This document shows positions 11,127 through 22,864 of a stretch of DNA of 64,000 bases, one piece after another. Under the pieces are notes generated by a model, which saw only the letters and a program-made list of their open reading frames with translations, was not told where the DNA came from and searched no databases. How positions within the stretch are numbered: the stretch's first letter is position 1; every line of letters begins with the position of its first letter. Position numbers and translations under genes: made by a program. This DNA is from Eledone cirrhosa. Its lineage: Eukaryota. The stretch covers positions 373,116,001 through 373,180,000 of the forward strand of contig OZ024740.1 in the NCBI GenBank assembly GCA_964016885.1, read 5' to 3'.

Positions 11127-13774
11127 GAGGAAGAAGAAGAAGGAAAGGGGCCAGAACCAACTGGACGAAAGAATTGAATAGAACTGTTATGCAATGCTAC
11201 CTGAAAAGTAACCCCAAGGAGAGGGGCTACAGGAGACGGATGCATAACATCTGGAACGAGATTGGTTTATTTAAATTAGATGAACAAAAATTGGCCGGGC
11301 AGGCTCGGGTAATAAGAACTAATGGGTGGATAAGCGAGCTGGAACTGGAGGAACTGAGCAGAGAGAATGGCTTGGAGATGGCGGGTGTAGTATGCCAGAC
11401 AAGCGAGCCGGCGGGAAATGAAGGTGAGGAGGTCCTGAGAACGGAGGAACCACCCGAAGCAGACAATGATCTGAATACTGAGATAAATAATACCTGGAAC
11501 AGAGATACGGCCACTGAGGAGATGAATGCTGACGGGCTAGGACAAGATTCGGTTGACATCCTAAATTTAGTGGTAGATGAGTTGAACAATGATAGTGGGA
11601 GACCTATGAACCTAAGATTTGTAGACAGGAAAAAGTTAAAAGAAACAACAGCTAAGGTAAACAAAGTCATCCCATACCTTGAGGCGAGGAGTCTTCACCA
11701 GTGCAACAATATCCTCAAAGCAACAGCAAATACGGTGAGGAAACTACTTGGTATAAAAGCGAGAGGAAACAACAGACAAGAAAGAGCAGAGCCGTGGTGG
11801 AAGAAGCGACTGAGTGGGCAAATCGGGGAAATGAGAAATGACATAGGAAAGCTTGAGTCACTACTGAATGGGACACTAAAAAACATAGGCACTAAAAATA
11901 GACTGGAAATAAAATACAAAACTAGGAGTAAAAAGCTAAATATTATCATAGAGGAATTGAAGCAACGCATTGTAGCAAAGAGTGCCAAAATCAGGCGATA
12001 CGAGAACAGAGTCAGTCAGTATAAACAGAACCGCATGTTCGACAACAGCCAGAAGATGCTGTTTGGACAGCTTGAGGGGAAAGAAAGAGGCAACGACTTG
12101 ATCCCTGGGGCGGAACAAGCTAAAACATTCTGGAGAGGAATATGGGAGCAGGATGTTAGACACAATGCCCAGGCAGGGTGGATTGAGACAGTACAGAGGG
12201 AGATCGGTGAGCAGGCACAACAACAGACTGATTTGAGTATCACAGTTGAAACTCTTAAGGGGCAAGCCAAAAAACTAACCAACTGGAAATCACCAGGCCC
12301 AGATGGTGTGCAGGGGTATTGGATTAAACATTTAACATCCCTCCACCCGAAGCTGACGGCCATGTTCAATGACTGCTTGGTGTCGGGTGAGGTGCCAGAG
12401 TGGTTGACAAAAGGTACCACAGTTCTGATAATGAAAGACCGAATCAAGGGTAATGATGTTACCAACTATAGACCTATCACATGTCTGCCCGTAATGTGGA
12501 AACTGTTGACGAGCATTGTGTCTGAGGAAATCTACCATCACCTCCACACAAACAACTTGTTACCGGACGAACAGAAAGGATGCCGAAAGAAGTCACGTGG
12601 TACAAAGGACCAGTTGCTTATTGATAAGATGGTAATGGGGAATTGCAGGAGGAGACACACTGATCTTGCCATGGGATGGATAGACTACAGAAAGGCATTT
12701 GACATGGTGCCTCATTCCTGGATCACCAAAAGCCTGGAGATCTTCAGGGTGGCAGATAACATCAGACAGTTGCGGGGCAGGAGTATGGGGTCCTGGGAGA
12801 CAGAGTTGACATCAACTGGAGTATCCTTGGGAAGCGTGAAGATCAAGAGAGGTATCTTCCAGGGAGATAGCCTGTCCCCTCTGTTGTTTGTCCTTGCCCT
12901 GATGCCCTTGACCATTATGCTGCGAAAAGTGAGAGCAGGATACAAGTTGGGAAGGGGAGAGCTTACCATCAATCACCTCCTCTTCATGGACGATCTTAAG
13001 CTCTTCGGGAAAAGTGAGATGGAGTTGGATGTGCTTGTTGACACTGTCCGTATTTTCAGCAGTGATATATGTATGCAGTTTGGTATTGGTAAATGTGCAG
13101 TCATTGTGATGAGGAGGGGTAGGTTGAGCAGAGGTAACGGGATCCAGATACCAACAGGTGAGATGATAAAGGAAATTGACTCTGAGGAAGGATACAAGTA
13201 TTTGGGCGTTCTGGAGGCTGATGGCATAAAGAACAAAAAAATGAAGGAATTGTTAAGAACTGAATACATTCGGAGAGTAAGGAGCGTATTGAAGTCACAT
13301 CTGAACAGCAGAAATGCCATAAGCGCAGTAAATTCCCGAGCTGTGTCTATTATTAGGTACAGTGCGGGAATTCTGAGATGGAATGTTGCTGAACAAAAAG
13401 AAATGGATAGGAAGACTAGGAAGCTATTGACTATCTACAACATGTTCCACAAGAGGAGTGATGTCGATAGACTCTACCTAAGGAGATATGAGGGTGGAAG
13501 AGGTCTTATCAGAATAGAGGACTGTGTTCAGATGGAGAAAAACAACCTATACAAATACGCGACCTATAGTAAGGAGCCAATGCTCAGAGCTGTACTGAAG
13601 GAGGGGACAGTAGGCCAGGGGATATCCAAGGAGGAAATAACATCAAGGAGGAAGAGCAGCCTTAAGGGAAAATCCCTTCATAGTACCTTCTTTGAGAAAA
13701 CTGAATTTAGAGATCCACAGACATGGAACTGGTTGAGAAGAGGAGACCTCAAAAGGCTACAGAAGGAATGCTAA
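11018..13774 (+). CDS. Dong ORF, RT portion (true start uncertain; frameshift at about 13750)
   Basis: KSPGPDG, YRPITCL, WIDYRKAFDMVPH, GIFQGDSLSP, HLLFMDDLKL, YKYLG, GGRGL. Confidence 0.88.
11045..11125. repeat. (AAT)n between the head-to-head Tx1 and Dong elements
   Basis: Perfect run of about 27 units. Confidence 0.97.
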
Positions 13775-14495
13775 TGGCTGCGCAGGAGCAGGCCCTCAAA
13801 ACGAAGTGGTTGAAGCACCATATCTACAAGGAGGAGGCTAGCCCACTGTGCAGGATCTGTGGAGAGAGAGAGGAGACTGTGGCTCACATTGTGTCCGAGT
13901 GTAAACATCTAGCCCAGACCCACTATAAGGGCTGGAGACACGATGTGATGGGCAGGGTGATCCACTGGCACCTGTGCAAAGTAAACAATCTACCACATTC
14001 TGAGAAATGGTATGAGCATAGGCCAGAGGCGGTGATGGAGAACAGTCAGGTGAAGGTGCTGTGGGATTTTAGGATACAGACGGACAAAATACTGGAACAC
14101 AATAGACCTGACCTGGTGGTTGTGGACAAAGAAAAAAGATCGTGCCTGATTGTGGATGTGGCCTGCCCGTTCGACACGAGAGTGCAAGAGAAGGAGAGGG
14201 AGAAAATTAACCGATACCAGGACCTAAAGTGGGAGGTGAAAAGGATTTGGAACTGCCATGAAGTCAAAGTGATCCCGATTGTCATAGGCGTACTGGGGAC
14301 TATCTCCAAAGGTTTCCAGGGATGGTTAAAGAAAATCGGCCCCTTCACGCTTTTTGGAACGCTTCAAAAGGCATGCTTGCTTGGAACGGCAAGAACCCTC
14401 CGATACGTCCTGAATATCTGAGGCTGCAGGTAGTGGCTTGATATTCAATCCAACGGACTTTCCAGTTAACCAACATCAATGACTGAGATTCAAGG
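11126..14495 (+). mobile_element. R4/Dong-clade RLE non-LTR retrotransposon, nearly intact (copy 1)
   Basis: Myb-like N-terminus (WTKELN..VMQCY), RT, CCHC finger and RPD..D-type RLE, short 3' UTR, (AAT)n tail. Dong elements are known to target (TAA)n. Confidence 0.92.
13723..14421 (+). CDS. Dong ORF, C-terminal zinc finger and restriction-like endonuclease
   Basis: CRICGEREETVAHIVSEC, RHD, RPDLVVVD, DVACP, EKINRYQDL; continues the upstream ORF if one A is restored. Confidence 0.88.
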   Translation: MELVEKRRPQKATEGMLMAAQEQALKTKWLKHHIYKEEASPLCRICGEREETVAHIVSECKHLAQTHYKGWRHDVMGRVIHWHLCKVNNLPHSEKWYEHRPEAVMENSQVKVLWDFRIQTDKILEHNRPDLVVVDKEKRSCLIVDVACPFDTRVQEKEREKINRYQDLKWEVKRIWNCHEVKVIPIVIGVLGTISKGFQGWLKKIGPFTLFGTLQKACLLGTARTLRYVLNI

Positions 14496-14545
14496 AATAA
14501 CAATAACAATAATAATAATATTAATAATATTAATAATAATTCACA

Positions 14546-15305
14546 TATCCACATACATGGAACTGGTTGAAAAGAGGAGACCTTAAAAAGGCTACAGAAG
14601 GAATGTTAATGGCTGCGCAAGAGCAGGCCCTCAAAACGAAGTGGTTGAAGCACCATATTTACAAGGAGGAGGCTAGCCCACTGTGCAGGATCTGTGGAGA
14701 GAGAGAGGAGACTGTGGCTCACATTGTATTCGAGTGTAAACACCTAGCCCAGACTCACTATAAAGGCTGGAGACATGATGTGATGGGCAGGGTGATCCAC
14801 TGGCACCTATGCAAAGTAAACAATTTACCACATTCTGAGAAGTGGTATGAGCATAAGCCAGAGTCGGTGATAGAAAACGATCAGGTGAAGGTGCTGTGGG
14901 ATTTTAGGATACATACGGACAAGAAACTGGAACACAATAGACCTGACCTGGTGGTTGTGGACAAAGAAAAAAGATCGTGCCTGATTTTGAATGTGGCCTG
15001 CCCATTCGACACGAGAGTGCAAGAGAAGGAGAGGGAGAAAATTAACCGATACCAGGACTTAAATTGGGAGGTAAAAAGGATTTGGAACTGCCATGAAGTC
15101 AAAGTGGTCCCGATTGTCATAGGCGCATTAGGTACTAACTCAAAAAGTATTGCCCCCTTCACGCTTTTTGGAACACTTCAAATGGCATGCTTGCTGGGAA
15201 CAGCAAGAACCCTCCGATACGTCCTGAATATCTGAGGCTGCAGTAGCAGCTTGATATTCATTTCAACAAACTTTCCAGTTAAATAACATCAATAACTCAA
15301 AGAAC
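14546..15305 (+). mobile_element. 5'-truncated Dong copy 2 (RLE region; ORF 14567-15235)
   Basis: Direct repeat of about 13712-14495 with a 21-nt in-frame deletion near 15135; (AAT)n tail. Confidence 0.93.
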
Positions 15306-15357
<52 letters not shown>

Positions 15358-15360
<3 letters not shown>

Positions 15361-15480
15361 CTTGCTTGGAACAGCAAGAACCCTCCGATACGTCCTGAAT
15401 ATCTGAGGCTGCAGGTAGTGGCTTGATATTCATTCCAACGGACTTTCCAGTTAACCAACATCAATGACTGAGATTCAAGG
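15358..15480 (+). mobile_element. Very short 5'-truncated Dong copy 3
   Basis: Nearly identical to 14374-14495. Confidence 0.92.
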
Positions 15481-15510
15481 AATAACAACAATAATACTAA
15501 TAATAATAAT

Positions 15511-15689
15511 TGTTTCTACTTTTGGTACAAGGCCGGCAATTAACCAGTGTATTACTGGTACTTTATTTTATCGATCCCGTAAGGATGAAAGGCAAAGTTA
15601 ACCTCGCCGGATTTGAACTCAGAATTGCAAGGGCCATAACTCTACGCATTAAAGCATGGCGTCCGACCCTCTACCGATACTGCCAATCC
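15511..15689 (-). mobile_element. tRNA-derived SINE, nearly full length
   Basis: Minus strand has A-box tggcagtatcgg, B-box gttcaaatcc and an (ATT)n tail. Confidence 0.92.
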
Positions 15690-15750
15690 TAATAATAATA
15701 ATAATTATAATTATTATAATAATAATAATAATAATGATAATAATAATAAT

Positions 15751-16372
15751 GATTTCTTTATTGGCCACAAGGGCTGACATCAAGAAAAACATCACAGACG
15801 GAACAGGGCGGTACGATGTGGGTTTTGTGCGTGTAAATATTTTTATTACTTATATAAGAAAAGAAAAAAAAGACATAAAACATATATATACATAAACAAT
15901 AAAATGAAAATTGAAACAATGAAAAATTCCCCAATAGGGGGGAAACCTCCGAGGGTTACTCGTGGCAAAAACCACACAAAAGACCACGGTCAACCTGACT
16001 ACCAGGGCAAGCGCCCTCTCTCAATTTTTCCATGACTCAAACTACAGACGTATATTCAGAGTGGTCCCGTTCACTCGGACCATTCTCGTTACATTCACCC
16101 ACCTTTCAACAAACTTGCTAGAAAGCAGCACTTGCCTCTCCACCCTGATTTTCGTCTTCAAGTGAAACTTGAAAAAGTTAATTAGGGATTCGCCGAAGAG
16201 GAAAGTGTTTGTCTTTAATCCTTTTAACCTTGTCCACCACACAATCTCTTTCGCCATGGCCACCAGGCAGATGAAAACCGCTTGCCCTCCCTCCTCAAAG
16301 GAAGACGGCGAGACCATCTGCACAATGGATTCAGTCGACAACTGGATCAGTCCCACACGTGACAGCAACTGA
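15751..16372 (-). mobile_element. 5'-truncated Tx1 copy B in (TAA)n
   Basis: ORF 16042-16368 matches the ORF2 C-terminus of copy A (VAMAKEIVWWTRLKG...FVERWV); AATAAA and (ATT)n tail; 9-nt duplication gatctacca at the truncation point. Confidence 0.93.
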
Positions 16373-17846
16373 TCTACCAGATCTACCAGGGTACAATATA
16401 CACCTAGTCCATTAATTCGTTCTCTGCGACTATCCTAAAGCAAACATTGGACTTGCTCTTTTTTTTAAATATGTATGTTTGCGTTGGTGTGAATTTCACA
16501 GACAGGCTGCCCTTATGACATAATATCTTGCGCCCATGTCGAACCTAACATTGGTCCATACAAGTATATCCAGCTTCATATCTCAAACATTTTACACCGA
16601 AAATACACCGAAAATTAGGAACCATGCAATTGTTTACAAATGCGTCTGCTTTGTTGCACTTTATAGATATATCCATGAAATTGTATACACTAAGAAAATA
16701 GATGGAAACAGATACGTGAAATATAGATTAAAAAACTTGAAGTCGGTCCTTCGTGTAACATCGCTGTCATACTGTGATTTTCTATCGGTAGTGGAACCAG
16801 AGGGATTTTTCGAACGAAATATAGATATTACGTTTTCTGAAAATTGCTTGCATATTCCTTGCTAAATTACACTTATAAAATCCGTTTTTGTCTAACTATT
16901 GTTTCTTAACAATGCATTTTTGTAATTTGTACACTATTGTTTAATGTATCTAAAATCATGTTATGCATTTGAGACATGGTTGTAACAATATGAATGTAAT
17001 TCTGGCAATATGAAGACTGTTGAAGTTGTTAGTAACAGTTATTCAATATTTTGCTATTGGTAAACCCCTTAACAATGAATTAGCTTCGGAGAAAGATTGA
17101 TCGTGAAGGAATGTTGTTTATTTACAATAATATCTATATTTCAGTGTTTTGATCTTAGCATGAACATATAGATTTGGGTGATAGTTGCATATATTTCTAG
17201 CAGGTTGAGTGACTTCTTAGAAAATGTTTCAATCCGGTAAATTAATAATGTAGCCGATGATGCTTGAATTTGTTATCATATTTTCAAACAGGCTAGATGC
17301 ACAAAGAGGAAAGAAATGCAGCATATCAGTAAAAAAAACTTAATAATGAAAACATTCACGAAATAACCTAGATTAAAATAAATTTTAAAATGAAAAATTA
17401 TATTCATTCATATTTTTTTCCAAATTAATTATGCTTCATTCTGTTGCATAACTCTTAATGCTGTCTGTTTGCATGTTGCTTTATTAATTTGCTTTAACTC
17501 CTTCGAGTCTAATTATATTCGGTTCACGTCGATAATTAAAACCTTCCCCGTTCAATCAATGTAGTGTTTCTCTTTGATCTTTTGCATGGAAGACTGACAT
17601 AGGATCTGAGGAACTCATTGTATATTTTATTTCATCACTTAAACGTAATTAGGACGAGCCTTTGTTAATGTTAGTTTAAGAATTATTAATTTTATATAAT
17701 TTTTATATTATTTCCGTTTTAATAACTTTATATGGTGTCAGAATCATTAACCTAAAGAGTAATGATTTCATATTCAAAATTTAAATGCTGAAATTATTTC
17801 ACATTGCCTATTAGTTTTACTAATAACTGATGTAATACTTAGTGCA

Positions 17847-17913
17847 CGGATGGTTGACCTTAAACTATAAATGTTAATAACGGATGGTTGACCTTAAACT
17901 ATGAATGTTAATA
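17847..17913. repeat. Tandem duplication of about 33 bp
   Basis: cggatggttgaccttaaactat(a/g)aatgttaata twice. Confidence 0.9.
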
Positions 17914-20900
17914 AATGAAATAGAATGCAGCATAAACCTTGGATAAAAGTGAGACGAATTTTTTTTTACTAGAATCATTATGTTGTGACCCATGAAACAA
18001 TGGGTGTATATATACTATACACACCAATACTCTGTGACGTAACATATTAACATATTGCAGATGCTAATAAGCTACATATGGGATATTTGCTATTGCTTGT
18101 TCTACATATGAATGTATTATAGTTACTTTATATGACACCTCATCTTACTATGTCCCATTCGCCTTACGTATATATAGCTATCGATTTAGAACGCAACAAA
18201 ATTACCATTTGTTTCAGAAATATCAGCGTATGACGGCGAAACTCGGCTATTTTAGATGATATTCCGCATCAGCAGATACACACAGAGACAAATGCGCAAT
18301 AATATTGAAATTAGTCTCGCTGAGAAAGATAGAGGAGCGATTTATGCAGCTTCTCAAATACTGTAGGAGTCACATATGTGTTTAAGTAATTATTTGGGAA
18401 CCGCAATATGGGTTGATAAAACCTGAAATTATTTTATGAGCTAGTGTCATTGTTTCCAAGACTACTGATAATTTCACCTACGAATGATGAAACGAGAAAA
18501 ATTATCTCACATTCATACTCAGGATTAAGCTTTTTTCTGAATAAAAGCAAATCGTCAACAGGATGTGCATTCTTTTTTCTAAAATTATTTCGCACGGCAT
18601 TCCATATTAGGCATATGAAATGACTAGTTACGATGGATATTTACACGTTTTTGATTTTAACTAATCCCGATCATTCACCAAAAGAACTGTTTTCGTTCAT
18701 TTATTGGAAATAATTAGTTAATATCTGGACAAAATATTTAAATAATACAATAGAAAAAAATGATAACCCTTCAATATAATATGTAACCGCGAGATTATTT
18801 AGAAATAAATATTGTGAAACATTATTGACACTATGAATAATCATTTCATTTTGCCTTTTTTACGGGGCGACTCTACTTTTACTGGCGACTCTATACTTAT
18901 TAATATATATTATATCATAATAATTGTGATAAATTTCGAGATGATATCAATACCAGTAACGATGCTGTGTATCGAAAGTCTGATGTCAATGTTTGAGTAG
19001 AAACAAATTATCGGGTAGACACTCGCCGAGCATATGCTGAGTATATGAATATATCTACAGGCACATACATCTTTTAAAAAACAATGTGTATATTTTTGAA
19101 GACATAATAGATGATGACACTTGTTAATGACGAAACAATTTATTTTTATGTAGATATTAATAGGTGCCAGTGTTGTACATACAACGTATAGTTCATGATT
19201 AATGTATGAAATAACTAATATTTATTTGTATAATAGGAAAAGGTTAACGTATATAATTAATTTTCAAGTAGTCTTGCATTCAAGTTTCATTATCAGCATA
19301 TTGTCTGAAGTAGTTGATTCTTTCTTTGTATTTCGCCTATATTTACAAACAAACGTTTGGCATAATGAGGAACGTGGGTAAGCACAGAAATATGGCTACA
19401 CTGAATAGAAAGCCAATAAGTGGTCAAATTCTCGAAAACATCATCAAAAATATCAATTATAAATCTAATAGTACAGACATTCTACACCGTTTAACTTTAA
19501 TTCTAAAATTATCTTTGTAGCTATCACGCACGTTGTTACATGCAATTTAAGATGTTCGTGTTTCCATACCAGTCACGATATATGAATAAAATCACAAATT
19601 GAAGTAATTTGTGGTTGCAATGTCGCAATTTTAATACACGGGCAGTTGCTCAAAATTGAATAAGGCATACCTGTACGATTATTGAGAACATTAACATACG
19701 AAGCAGTAACTAATACATCTAGAATACTTAGTCATTGCATTAATTTTCAGGATGCATGCTTTCTTTATTAAGTATATTTTGCTTTGAATATTTTCATTTG
19801 CATAGACAGAACGAAAAATGTTTGAAAATGACCAAATCTAACTTTGACGATTTCAATGATTTTCATTCAATCACGCAATGTCGTCTATCATTTCAGATAT
19901 GAGGTTACGGTTTCGATATGGTTCACCAATGAGTTTGTGTATTTCAGATCATTCAATAACAACATCGGTTGACCATATGACTCATAATTGACTATTAATT
20001 ATCAGATATAGGTCATATTTCTTAGATGTATCCTTCAATGTTTTACAATATCAAAGACTCAATTATATCTTGCAAATAGCGTCATTCACATACAACTAGA
20101 ATATCTAATGGCAATATTTCAATATATATTTCATTATTAGCACCCAACAAGAACAACCAATGACAGAATATGTGCTAAACGTCACTATAAATGTTGTACC
20201 TCCTGATATCTTGGCGGAATTCCATAATGGCACACTTTTACAGAATTATTAAAATGCTATTCTAAAGCCTTGACACAAATTTAAGTAAAAAGAGAAATCC
20301 GTGCTTCTTTACACATAGAAGGGTTAATGCTCTTCCATTCACAAAGTGACTCCCGATACATGAACATTTATTATTTATAATGTGTCACACCACAAGCCTT
20401 CTGCCAAAACATTTCTAAATACTATCTAAATGTATACCGTCTGAAACATAACCAGTACTTATGATTTGCGTGTATGTATACATTTATGGATATTGAAGTC
20501 AAAGATTAATATCATCGTCGCATAGTCTGAAGGATATTAAAATATTGAATAGCCATCATGAAATCATCTCTGCAAAATCAAAAGAAATATGTTCACACAC
20601 TGACCAAATGACGTGTTGCGTCGAGAGTAGAAATACCTCAAATATTACCTGGTTGAAAAATAAATAACTCAAATGTTCTGCTTATTGAAACCCTCGATAG
20701 ACTCTACAATAGTGATAGCATATTTCACATGTTATCGCAAATACCGGAACATGCATCCAAACACATTGGGACTATCATGAACGCAAATTATATCACGTAG
20801 TTTCTCCTTAAACCTCTAAGCTACTTCCAATCAGAATATACTAAAAGGGTTCACTTTAATGTAGTAAATTCAGAACAACACCGTACGTCAAGAAATGAAA

Positions 20901-22009
20901 TTTCTTAACATATTATGTATGAATTTGAATTATAGCAATTTCTGTCGATGTGTCAATTCGATCACACATACATTATATCAAAAGCAGCACAGTCGCAAGT
21001 CTTAACTTTCCCTTCAAATTGTAATTTTTTCAAAATGTCAATTTTGTGTGTGTGTGAGTGCGTGAGTGTGTGTGTGTTGAGTGAGTATAGCATTCTTTGA
21101 TATGAACACATATTTCTCTCCCAACAGTAGACAAGTACATGGTTTAAATGGATTCCTTATAAGGAAGTGGTTTCAATTCTAAAGCTAAACATTCTCAAAG
21201 CCCACGTAAAATATTATAAACAATACCCAATTTATAGAAATTATAACAACCTCGGTGTATTCTACATTCTTTCTGAAGAGTGAAACAAATTATGTAGCCA
21301 AAAACTAAAGCATTCAAACAAAGAAATAGATATGTATTGAGAATTTTTTCGAAGATTTTAACGCTAACATACACAAACTCATATCCATATGCACTCCAGT
21401 ACACACATATATTGAGAGAGAGAGAGAGGGAGAGAGAGAGAGAGAGAGAGAAAAGAATAGAGAGATAAATCTCCAATCAATATACAGTAATATATCTATA
21501 TACTAAGTCAATTCAATCGATTACAGAATGAATTGCGAATTTTTCATCATTGTAAAATAAATTATATAGAAAAAGATAATGTTTTCGGGCTACGTATGAA
21601 GCCGGATTCAAAATCATAAAACTATCATAACTAAAATAAAGGAACAGGATAACGGAAAATGCTTTTGGCACCATTTATTGAGAAATTAGATGGAAATTGC
21701 ATATCTCGATAAAATATTCCACCCGAAAATTAAAATTATACTCCATCAGCAAATGAGATATTGTACATCCGAAATAATCAATAAACCAGTCCTTGTAGAT
21801 AAATTACAGTTCTAACTTGTAAACGTTGTGTAACACAAAATACTTACACGTAACACGCTATTAAATGTAATTCATCTCATCGTTAGTTATTCATAAAAAT
21901 GGCTAGGGAATAACCTATGATTTAAAGAATTTTTTTTTTAATTTCATTTTTATATCTGGGTGGGGGTATTTGTGCAAACGATATGTTATTATTATAACGT
22001 TAATTTTTA

Positions 22010-22230
22010 GGGCGGTGGATTGGTTGAATCGTTATTTCGTTGGAGGATGTGCATTGTAGTATTTCATTATGACCTCTACGTTCTAGATTCCAATCCCGCC
22101 GAGGTCAACTTCATCTTTCTTGGGTCGAGAAAATAAATTGCCAGTCAAGTATTGGCATCCATGAAATCACCTTTTCCCTCCCATCAAATTGCAGGCCTTT
22201 TGCTGAACTTATTAGGTTGTTAATATTATT
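22010..22230 (+). mobile_element. Diverged longer variant of the tRNA-derived SINE
   Basis: ggcggtggattgg head, aatcccgccgaggtcaac core, attgcaggcctt 3' region. Confidence 0.72.
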
Positions 22231-22759
22231 CAATATTGGTGTTTTACTCATGTTTGATTATTTTCATTGATTATTTTCATAAAAAGAACACTTCTACGTT
22301 GGAGATACATAGGTGCACTGACGAAAATAAGATTTAATTCTAATGAAGGTTTATATACATTTCCAAATATTTTGTTTGTATGCTTACATCAACGTGTTGG
22401 GAGATACGCCTACACAATTAAAAAAATAAACAATAAGGAGAACGCAGCAAAATGTTTGGTTTAGTGGGTGCTTTAATGTAAATGTATTATTATAATCTAC
22501 TGATAGACTTTAGGTCGTTGAGCGTTTATATTCTACATCTGTTTTCAACTGTATTGTTTGTATAATTTAATTATTGATTTAAAAAATTAAGATATTTATG
22601 TCCCAGTATATTGTCGAAATCCCTTAAGTTACCATTTGTATAAGCACACAAATCTATATAATTATGTATGGACATATTCATATTTGTTTGAGTTAAACTT
22701 TTAGATGTATGTATGGTTGTTTGATGGCAAAACATAATACAAAATACTGTGTTTACCAT

Positions 22760-22822
22760 GATGATAACGATGATGATGATAATGATCCTTATCATCTTCT
22801 TCTTCTTCTTCTTAGAATTATT

Positions 22823-22855
<33 letters not shown>

Positions 22856-22864
22856 GTTATTATT
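22760..22864. repeat. (GAT)n/(TTC)n/(TTA)n microsatellite; tail of Dong copy 4
   Basis: Direct reading of the sequence. Confidence 0.9.

Noticed and set aside
11018-13774. 918-aa poly-Asn protein as a host gene
   Set aside because: It is the Dong RT ORF read through an (AAT)n repeat, with related copies elsewhere in the window.
17960-20900. Possible Helitron or DNA-transposon relic (tactag..gacccatg..atgggt; short duplication at about 18858-18895)
   Set aside because: No recognisable protein motif or matching terminus; too weak to call.
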